64,000 nucleotides of DNA from Seison nebaliae (lineage: Eukaryota): contig JALJEE010002181.1 in the NCBI GenBank assembly GCA_023231475.1, forward strand, positions 1 to 64,000. Direction: 5' to 3'. Below are positions 53,526-64,000 of this stretch, piece after piece; positions within the stretch are counted from its first letter, which is position 1, and the number at the start of each line of letters is the position of its first letter. Made by a program: the position numbers and the translations under genes. The notes below the pieces were generated by a model, which did not search any database, was not told the DNA's origin, and saw only the letters and a list, made by a program, of their open reading frames with translations.

Positions 53526-56393
53526 ATGAATGAGAAATTGAAGTTGATGCAACATCAGGGGGAGTTGATGGCATATAAGAAATTGCATCAACTTTTATCC
53601 TCCCCAAATTATTTAGAGGATTTGGATTCGACTAAATCCACCGCCGAGAAACAGAAAAATATCAGCGACTGTCGATTGAATGATCATATGCAACGGCAAT
53701 TTGAGAGTATCCGATTAAGTAAAGAGATGATGATGAAATCATTATCATCAATTGATGAGATAAAGAAGAAAATGGGAACAATCTCTGAGAATTATACGAA
53801 GATAGTTCCATTAGAAAATCGGTTTATTGATTTGAAAAAGAGTGCACGTTCCTACTCTCAATATCGTCGAGCTAAAGATGATTTGAAGCAAATTTTAGAT
53901 GTAAACAAAATTGTGGAAGATATCAATAATCAGATGGATGATATGCATCAATTATTGATTGCTCATCATTCGTTGATGGAGTTGGATCATACGAAGAATG
54001 TTTTACTTAGCGACATCTATCCTAATAAAGATCATCGGAATAAAGTTCTCAAATATTTCTCGTCACTACCGAAACTTTATGAAAAAATGGAAAAAAAAAT
54101 ATTTAAAGGAATCATCAGTGTTTATCGAAGTGCTGCTGTTAATAATTCTGAATTATTAGTGACAGCAATTCGAATAATAGAACGAGAGGAAGCTCAAGAT
54201 GCATTATGGGAAACGAAAAAGAATGAATTAATGCAAAAAAATCCATCAGTCATCAATCATCATTCAGATCATTTAAATAATGATTTCGATTCTAATGATC
54301 ATCAATATTATGTAAGTGAGAAGAAGAACGAAAACATCTTTCCATTACGACCATTAAAATGGAAAGAAAAATGTTTCGATTATCTCCAAGAGAGGATGGT
54401 GACGGTAGTGAATGGAGTTCTCTTGAAACCGAAAGAAGAAGAATTATGGCTCGTTTCACATATACAATTATTACGAACACAAATGCTAAATGAATTAATT
54501 CCAATCAAACGATACGTAGTCAATCTCCTCCCACCATATTATGATATTATGAATCAAATGACAAAATTCATTTATTTTGCAATTGCTGATCATTTGAAGG
54601 AGATTGCTGATGCGGGAACACTCGACAAATTGGAACCGACGACGATGTTGTGTGCACCACAAGAGATCGTTAGCGTTCTCAAACAACCCGAATTGAGAAT
54701 TGATCCAAAATTCATCGATCGATTAACTAACGAACGATCACTCCTTTCTTATGAAACGAGTAATAAATTAATCGATATTTATCATCAATATGTTCGACAA
54801 AATTTCAATACTTGGTCAATCAACGCGATTAATATCGAGAAGAATGTTCTTCATTTTCCTTTCGATTACATATTTAATTTTGATTATTATTATTATTATT
54901 ATTATTTAGGATTGGTACAATTCGAAACGAGTAGAACTTAATGGCAACTCCAAATTCTATACGACTCTACCAATACTCGTTTCTCAGATGTTGGATGAAC
55001 ATGTTAATAAATTGACAATTTAAATTATTATTATTATGAATTATATTATTTAAATTATGAAAATTATTTTTAGCTTAATTTGGCAAGTACGATTGAAAGT
55101 TATCCGAAATGTCTCAAACATATTCTCAATGGTTCGTTGGAATTCTTGAAGGATTTTTTCAACAAATATCATAGTTCTCCTTTTTCATCTCAATTCCCTT
55201 TCATTTCCGTTTCAGATACATTATTGGAATTCCGAAACGATCATTTTAAGAGCGAACGTGCTAAATCTGATAATTATACACATCATCTGATTGCTGCATT
55301 GAATAATGTAGATATCTTCAAATATCAGATCCATCAGATGGCGAAGAAATATAGTCACGTGAAATTGGAAGAACAAATTGTCGATTCATCTATCGTTGAT
55401 AAATTGACACGTTTACAAAAATTAATCATACATCTGATTCTAGATGAGATTCGAGCTGATCTTACACAACATTTAAGGAATATCATGACACCGGAATGGT
55501 TCGATATGAATCAGAATGTTGTGGTGGAACGAACAGTGGCAGATTATTATGAAGATTATTCGATGTTACATCCTTATTATATCACCATCATTTCGAGACG
55601 ATTACAATTGGAAATATTCGATTGTTTCATAACATCAATCTCATCGTCGAAAGCGAAAGATTTATTCCCAAACATATCACATTCTTTATACGAGTCACCT
55701 GGTGAAATTAAGAGAATTTCTACAACTTTCAAAAATACTTTCGATTCTGTCCAAGGTGTCTTTTCTCGTTCCGAGAAATTATTGAATGATGAATCGACAA
55801 ATTATCTCTCAATTCTTCCAATTCTTGGCGAATTATTATCGTCAACCGAAACCATATTCAAATTCCTGATTGACGATCTCATCAAACGATTCCCGTCTGT
55901 CAATGAGAATATCATAAAAGATATCGTCAATTATCGTGGCGATATCGATCGTCCAGTTTATGAAGATTTCATTAGTCAATTGAAGGAGAACTATCCTCCA
56001 TTATCGTCATCGAACCATCATATGGAACAACTGACGAAAAATACTTTCAATCTCCTCTTGACTAATGGCGATTATTCGACGAACAATGACGAACGTCTCA
56101 AATTGATCGATCTGTCAACGGAGAATTTATTTTTTGCTCTCAATATTCATTTGAAAGAGATCGACGAATATAAATTAACTCCCCGAATGGCCGTCGTCGG
56201 ATTAAATAAGAAAATTGCGCAAACATTCCAGCCGACATTCCTTGCAGGAAATAAAAGTTCATTATTGAAAAGAGGAGAACAATTCCTCCATCCGGTATTG
56301 AACGCCGCATCTAATAATGAGGATAAATCGAGAAGGAATTCTAATAACGATTCGAATCCTGTCCAACCAGGAAATCCGTTTGACGAAAATTAG
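53526..56393 (+). CDS. EXOC3: Exocyst complex component 3 (Sec6)
   Basis: Helical protein with Sec6-like motifs LLIAHHSLMELD, LLVTAIRIIEREE, RPLKWKEKCF, LLPPYYDI, EKNDW..FYTTLPILVSQMLDEHL, LIAALNN and TVADYYEDY. Introns 54846-54909, 55003-55073 and probably 55174-55215. Confidence 0.85.
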
Positions 56394-56926
56394 AATTTGA
56401 TTTCAATTGAATTTATCTTTTAAAATTTAAAATTTATTTTATTCGATTCTTAATATGATTCTAATATGATTCTAAAAAATTTTTCAATGAAATGATTCCG
56501 GAAATTATTTATGTAAATTATTATCATCTGATTGTTGATGATTTGAACATTTGATAACAATCTAACACATGATTCCCAGATAACGGTTAGGGAAGTCACA
56601 GATATTGATAATAAACTATTTATTCTTCATGTTTCATCATGTACTGGAAATGAATTAATTGAATTGAAAAAAAAATCTTTTAACTAAAATAATGGAATTG
56701 GGATGGAAAGTCGAATGGAATTTATTGATTATTTGTAAATCAATTTCTAATTAAACTTATCCTGAAAATAGAGAATTGAATTATGTAATGGAGGAGATTG
56801 ATATTAATAACAGAAGAATATTTGTTGAGAGGAAAGGAGATGGAAAATAATTAGCATTATGCATGAATTAAGAGTAGGAGGAATTGAGGAAGATTAAATG
56901 GTGTAAGGAGAAAGATGTTCTCTCAG

Positions 56927-57417
56927 TTAATTAGCATTACAATTTGGATGAATCCGATGTGTGGGAACGAAGGATACCAAATAAAAGAAATTAAAAGATA
57001 AAACGATTTGATTATATTCTCCGAGAGAAAGATTTTCAATCAATATCCGTTTAGCACTTTTCGTGCATTGCTGATTAGTTGTCGAATGAAGAATCAAGAC
57101 GAACTCCACCGGCAACATTGAGTCATGTACGACGAGTGGTATGGTAGGAAATTAATGATAAAAATGAATTGGTAAACATGTGAGGAAAATTGGTGAGGAA
57201 AATTTATTTTTTCATCGATTGCATGGTGCTGCCGATGAGGAATATATGAAAGTCTCGCTTCTTTCCCATTGGGGAACTGATTGGTGAACATTGGAAAATT
57301 GGGTGACAATACAACAGAAGCATTCTCACTTTTCTCAACTGTGAACCATTGTAATTCGTTTAGAGCACCAGAAGTAAGACAAACACACAACAAATTTCTT
57401 TGATAACAAATCGCCAT
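56927..57417 (-). CDS. Possible small secreted protein with a CUB-like segment; structure unresolved
   Basis: 107-aa ATG ORF with a weak signal-like N-terminus and VVLSPNFP (CUB-like SPNFP). A downstream frame reads QCTKSAKRILIENLSLG. The splice pattern is ambiguous. Confidence 0.3.
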
Positions 57418-60400
57418 TTTTTCTTTTATTTAGTTAATTCTTATTTTCACTAATTGGATTGTGGTTTCTTAATGGAAGTGCAATATCACTTTTAAGCTAC
57501 CCGTGGGGGTAATACCGATTAAATGCTACTAGTTACTATTCAAACTAGATTTTCTTTCACAGATTTTCTTTTTGTTAAAATTATACAATACCTTCTTCCC
57601 TATGTAAGTCCAACATCTACTCCCTCTCAAACTGCACTCATTTTCGATTGACATATGATTTGCTCAATCCTCTTTTTCAAGTTTTCCTTTACTCTGCTTC
57701 ACCTCACTCGGATACGATTGAGTACTAAATTATTTTAACAATAGCTCATAGGAAAGAATAGGAAATTCTATTATAAAACGATCAGCGCTTATTGGGATCT
57801 GTCGAAATGGTATTTCCTAATTAGAAAATATTTTTAATATTTCACTTTTCTCCTCTTTCACTCAACTTCATCATCATCGACTTCTAATAATTTTACAATG
57901 AAACAAATATAACTAATTTCATATTATGATAACTAAAATTTTCATGTTTTAATTTCAATTTTTCAATTTCTTATTCGAGATGAGTAATTCGATAAGGAAC
58001 AGTTTAATTAAATGAAGATTAATCAATCATAATTATTTTGTCAGCGTGATCGAAAAAGAAGAATTTGTGATGATAAGAAAATTGTAGTTTTTGAAACAGA
58101 TAATTTTTATTAAATTTACTCAATTCATTCGTGCGAACAATTATAACATTTTCCTTCTTATCTCACGGAATGGAAATGAATGAGAGGGAAATTGATAGGA
58201 TCTAATCTCTTCTTCGACTTGTTTTCTTTTCATTTGTCTTTGCATTATTCTAATTATTTCTCCTTTTCGTACACCTTAAGGTGTGTCTGTGTGTGTGTAA
58301 GATGATATGATATGGTAATTGGATATTTCTAATAAATATCGACTCGTCGTCCAATTTTTAGTTGAAAAATAATTTGATTAGAAATGAAGCCAATTAAAGA
58401 TATCAGTTGTCATATGATACAATCGATACAAATTGATTCTTTAGGTAATTCATTCTCATTTAATCATAAGTGAATAGAAAGATGACGGAAAAAATGGAAA
58501 CATTTCATAACGATAATGATTTTGATAAAGCTTCATCTCATTAAATTTCTCATTTCAATCTTTCAATATTTGCACAGCACACAATAAGAGGATTTGTGGA
58601 GATATTTCTAGTCATTAAAAATCGTGGTTTACAGGCAGAAATTGATTATGATGATGGTGAGAGAAGAGGAGAATGATACTATTAGAATGGCATTATGTCC
58701 ACTAATTAGTAGGATGACCACGTCTGTCAGAAATTCCATTTGATTGAATCATTCAGACCGATTGGAGATAAGAAAGAAATAATAACTTTGTTTAACATTC
58801 AGCGACTGTTTCCCATTTTTTGCGATATGTAAACAATGTAAATAATTTGTAATTAAACTCTAATTATAAATATCATAGCGAAAACAAGACCATTTTGATG
58901 GAAATGGAATTCTATTGATTTATGTTCGACCAGATGTGAAGATTCCATTTTATGATTGACGGATAATGTGAAGTCTCTCTGACAATTGCTTGTGGAAGTT
59001 CGTTCTATTTATTATCTTTTACCGCAGTTCCATCCGAAAAAAAAACCAGCTGATTCTCGGACAAAAAATTTTCTTGTCATTTGTTCTAAACTAATATTGG
59101 AATTTTCAAAAAATCTTGAACTATTCCAATTATGTAATTGTTACAATTCATTTGTTCTAAGTAAACGATAGTCTTTCCAATATCAACTAAAATATTCGAT
59201 TGTTTCTGTAAATGTGAAAAATGGAAAGAAAATTGTTTTTATAAGTTCTCTTACAAGAGAACCCAATAAATGTGGAAAGAAGTGATGGAAGTTAAGACAT
59301 GTGAGTAGGAATTGCCCTGAAATTTATGATATTTATGTAAATATATGATGGAATAGTAACGGTAATAATAGATGATTCTTCTGCGACTCTCCTGATGGTG
59401 ATGTACATGATTAATAAAAAAAACTATAGAAATTTTTTGGAAAGTATATTTGTATCAATCAGTCAACGCGTGTCCAACTCCATAAATAATCATTAATTCA
59501 ATAACGACATTCGTCATATTGTTCGTATCTCTATCTTCCACTACACATCTCTCATATCGCTATGTCCGTTTTACAAAGTTCATCGAATCAACATATATAC
59601 TCTTCATTCTAACTTTTAGAGAAATGATTGTTGTAGCTAGACAGGCCGGAAGTTATTGGGGGAATTCTATTTATTTTTTTATTCCAAATGTTTTTTTCTA
59701 ACAAAATCAATTCCATCAATTCCATTCTAATAGTTCATTCTTCTCCTTCTTCTATTTCTACTCATGAGAGATATATTTCTATAAAAGCCTTTCAATTTAC
59801 AAAAGTACCTGGTTCTTCTTCTTTGAATATGAATCGTCTGCTTTTCTTCTTCATCGAAACAATTTGTTCGAAATTCTCTGAAGAAACTTGAGATTTGCGG
59901 TTCCCATTGTTTCAATTGTAAAACAATAGTTCTTAAGTGTCAATATGGACCGTCATAGTACTTGTATTCATCTGCGATTGAAAAAGTTTATTTCTTTTCT
60001 TAATCTTCGTCTTTATGATACTTTAAAATTCCATTAACACTCGCCATCTTCTTCATCCGAACAGTAATCGATAGGTTAGCAAATTAAAAGTTTCTAATTC
60101 AACCAATTTTTTGGAGAAGTAATACAAAAGTATTTTTTAAGAATTTCGGTTTATTAGATGAATTTCGATAATTTATTGAGGAAAATTTTGTGTGATTCCA
60201 TCGAAGGAATAATAATTCTATTAAGTAGAATAGGAAATGATACATTGCAGATTTGGGAAGTAATGGCAAATGAACTTTTTGTTGTTTTAATTAGTCTCAT
60301 ATGTTTTCCCACAATTTCCCAATTCCTATCAATACTTAATGTATATAACAGTATTTACCAATTGACACGGTTATAATTTGCCGCAAGAACCTTTATTTCC

Positions 60401-62775
60401 GGAATCTATTTCAACTCGCACTCTCCTCGACAATGAACCAAGACTTCTCCTAATTCTTTACATTTTCATGTTCCAACTCTTGTGTATTGTCACATCGTTT
60501 ATGTTATGGAAGAAGTTACTTTAATTTAAAGATATTTCTCCTTCCTCTCCTTACAATGACGAACGAGAAGAAATTTCGTGAAGAGGATGATGGAATTTAA
60601 ACGTCTAATTCGTAGGAATTATTAGCAGGAGAATTGAGAGGAAGAAATTAAATTGAGATGATGAAAATTAATGTGAAATGTTCGAAGGGAGAATGAAGAA
60701 AATCAGTTGGGAGAAATCGTAAACAACATCTTCACGACTAACAACAACTTCATCAAAATTCAATTAACATCTATTTTCTTTATTGCTGATATTGATCAAT
60801 CGTTCAAACATTGGCATTCAACTTTCATTATTATTCGTTCAATCATTTTACGTTCCTTCATCTTTCACCGCAATCGAAATATGTTTCTCTCGACCGATTA
60901 TTATGCGTATGATTATAGTTATGGGACTTTATTATTTTAATTGAACTTCATTCTATGTACGACCATAATTCGGTTGGTTTATATAAAAACATCATTGAAA
61001 GAAAAAAGTTCAACCGCCAATATTGTGTGTATGAAATGAAGTTGGACAATTGTTTTAATGAAGATATTGATTAATTTTATATTACTCTCATACTTTCGTA
61101 TGTCCTTTAGGACTGTTCATTTGAAGAGTTAATGAAATGTAGTTACTACTGTTTCTTTCTTTAAATAAATCGATTCTTCTTCTTAAATTTTGAAGAAATG
61201 TCAATTTTCAAACAATAACAATAACAAGAATAACCACAAGAGGAATAATAGGAGATAGGAAGACATTCATAGTATAATATTGACCTACATCTCCGTCATC
61301 TTCTCATTGTGATGATGTTAGCGAGAAGATTGAATTCTTTCCATGATTATATTTCAATTATTTTGAAAGAAGACGACAGTTCTTGGATGAAAAGCGACTA
61401 GCACTTGAACAATATAATTCAGTAGAATAAGTGAATGAACATGAATGAGTATGATGTTGTTTGAAAAGAAGTAGATAAAATAAAACTTCCGTCAGCTGAT
61501 GAGAAATGATTATATCGAATATTCTAATAAGTACAAGTGAATAGTTTTCATGTTAGAATTGGAGATACATATTTTTTTCTTCTACCTGTTGGAGATACAA
61601 TAAACAACAATGGAGTAGAAAAGAAAGTGGAATATCTATCGACTTCCTCTATCTAATAATAGTTGTAGCTCGACGTTCAAGTATCCATTTGATCATATCT
61701 CCATATGGAATGGAATGTCACGTTCTATATTTACAGATGTTATGTTGGCATTATTTCCAATTGTTTATGACACGAACAACGGAATGCTGTACCGATGCAT
61801 GTGAACCAGATCGATGCACTAATAAGGTAGGATTAGTGATTTCTTTCTGTCTCCACCTCTCTCTCGCACTTCGTCTGTGATTAGTTGAACGAAACTGTTT
61901 CTACCTATTTACTACTAGTAGATGGTCGGTCGGTCGGTCGTTGGTTGAGGTAATAAGGGAGAGAAATTAGTGAGAGGAAGATTTATTTATTTAAACAAAA
62001 TGATAAAGAGTGTACGAGAGAGAATGATATGTGATAAATTTTCAGATCCATATTAGTGGAATTCACATGTAGCAGATGTCAGACTTCTTCCTTCCGTACA
62101 AAAAAATATCACAATCACGATTTCATTCGCGATAACATCAAAGACTGATGTGGACATGGAAACAGGTAGGAAAGTGTAACTCATGAACCATAATCAGATA
62201 GAACATTAGTTACAAGAAAAACATATGAAAATGTTATTGAACTAATTACATAATATAGACTAATTGAAGTCATTGAAATGCGGCATATATCCACTTAATT
62301 CCAACATACTAGATTTCCCTCTTGGAAACGGCACCAAAATTCCTCCTCCACAACCACCCACCAGACAATTTCATGTATTAATTTCAAGAACTGTTTATAT
62401 TTCCCTCTGCTGTGCGAAAGTCTCAATAATTCCTTCTTTGATAAAATCACTCATCTTTAAATAACATTTTACAGATAAACGATTATTGTGTCTGTTCAAA
62501 TTTCTTCCTTCTTTATCCAGATAAAATTCGTTATTTGCATAATCATTTCGTCTCATTTATGAGGGGCAAGGTGCGAAAAGAATCACTTCTCTTATAAGAA
62601 TGGTGTGAATTGAAAGGAGGATAGCAATACCAACAACAACAACAACAAGATTAATATCAAATCTTGAATAATATTATTCTCATATTATTCTTTTCATTTT
62701 TGACAATTTCTTTTTCAAAAAAACATCTTTCTCCATCCGAATGAAATCCTTCCAAACTAACGACGAAATTGACTC

Positions 62776-64000
62776 ATGAAATGGTTTTTATTCTTCCTCT
62801 TCTTATCTTATCTTCCAACGAACCTCCTCTCAATCGATATTCAATTGAGAATCAACGAATCAGTATCAATTCGTCAATTTTATCGACGACAACATGAACG
62901 TCGGAGGTTTTTCCCGACGAACAAAGATCGGAAACGATCCCCTTCCATTGCCCTGGCACCGTCTACCTCCTTAGCATCATCTTTATCCTCCTACTTCGCT
63001 CACAAGAGAAATCATTCAAATATTTTACGTCGAAATCAAAAATCCATCGTTGAGTTTCCGTTGAATTTCATTGAAAACGGATATCATCAATCAAGATTAT
63101 CGAATTTATTACAAATACAATTAACCGACCAACTAAAATCAACAATAAAATTTACATCGAACAAATTTAATTTTTATATTTACGAAAATACGATTGACAA
63201 AGACATTTTCACTTTACCTGCATTATCAATCAAATCGGAGAATTTGGGAAATTTCTTAAAACTCCCCTCAAATGATGATGATCAATCCGTTTCATTTATC
63301 AGTTTATCAAATGAAAATTTATTTGATAAAACCTTCGAGAATATTAAATTCTCTTTTACCAACATCGATTTTTATCAACATCTCATTGAACATCAACTGA
63401 ATTATAAGATTACTTTAAAAATTGAAGAATTCACCAATTCGCATCCGAACGAGAAATTTGATGAAGAAATTCTTTTAAAAATTCTTCCTAACGAATGTTC
63501 TTGTACTAAATCCTTCCATCTCCATCAAATGGATAAGAAGAATATTTTCAATTTCAAATCCGTCAATTCTACATGTCCATCAATTTATCAAAATTTTCAA
63601 GTAAAATTTGATTTATCAAGAAAACAATCGATTTTCGGATTGAACCGTGAATATCGTAAAGAATACAAGAAGAGATATCATATGAAAATCCTCTTCGAAC
63701 CATTCATTATTCTCAGATGTTCTTCGACAAATGTCCATGAGAATTTCTGGAATGAATTTGGAATAATTGATAAGCGAGTTGATTCATATTATTGGTTGAA
63801 ATTGAAAACGATTCAAATCAATTCCGAGACGATAAAAGTCAATATAAATATTTTGGATAAAAATGAAAAATCGCCAATTATTGATTATCGTCATATGATG
63901 ACATTAAATCATCAATTATATCAATTGACATCATCATTCGAGAATGAGGAGCGTCAGATCATTGTGATGATTCCAATTCTTTTAGAAAATTATCTCGTCA
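62776..64000 (+). CDS. Cadherin/protocadherin-like protein, 5' part (truncated by the window end)
   Basis: An uninterrupted frame of 408 codons, missing from the ORF track because it has no stop in the window. Signal peptide MKWFLFFLFLSYLPTNLLS; cadherin-type motifs FTSNKFNFYIYEN, LNRE and VNINILDKNEKSP (DxNDxxP-like). Confidence 0.7.
   Translation, partial: MKWFLFFLFLSYLPTNLLSIDIQLRINESVSIRQFYRRQHERRRFFPTNKDRKRSPSIALAPSTSLASSLSSYFAHKRNHSNILRRNQKSIVEFPLNFIENGYHQSRLSNLLQIQLTDQLKSTIKFTSNKFNFYIYENTIDKDIFTLPALSIKSENLGNFLKLPSNDDDQSVSFISLSNENLFDKTFENIKFSFTNIDFYQHLIEHQLNYKITLKIEEFTNSHPNEKFDEEILLKILPNECSCTKSFHLHQMDKKNIFNFKSVNSTCPSIYQNFQVKFDLSRKQSIFGLNREYRKEYKKRYHMKILFEPFIILRCSSTNVHENFWNEFGIIDKRVDSYYWLKLKTIQINSETIKVNINILDKNEKSPIIDYRHMMTLNHQLYQLTSSFENEERQIIVMIPILLENYLV

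Noticed and set aside
59727..60060. Purine-rich minus-strand stretch that looks coding
   Set aside because: All frames are interrupted by stops and no homology is recognisable.
1..64000. CRISPR arrays, rRNA, intact transposons, and non-GT-AG or U12-type introns
   Set aside because: None seen; every reconstructed intron keeps GT..AG termini.

Overview
This is AT-rich (roughly 70% by eye) nuclear DNA from a compact animal genome, with no obvious CpG depletion and very short introns (mostly 35-71 nt). The invertebrate lineage is not determined; a rotifer/gnathiferan-like genome is only a guess. Genes I assembled by hand: LMF2 (-), a long-chain acyl-CoA synthetase (+, head-to-head with LMF2), a doublecortin-domain gene (-) with an RFX X-box at its start, a ~23 kb non-coding region upstream of capicua (CIC, +), an intronless bacterial-like DUF3472 gene (-), a Gly/Met-repeat microprotein (+), a DEG/ENaC channel (+), exocyst EXOC3/Sec6 (+), a possible CUB-like fragment (-), and the 5' end of a cadherin-like gene (+, runs off the window). 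The strongest signal is the splicing code. Of 38 coding introns reconstructed in five genes, 36 start GTT rather than GTA/GTG, +5G is mostly absent, and 12 end in AAG/GAG rather than YAG. The few GTA/GTAAGT donors sit on the longer introns. This suggests a rewired short-intron recognition system. Other highlights are a CIC whose HMG box and C1 domain are nearly adjacent, and the candidate horizontally acquired DUF3472 gene.
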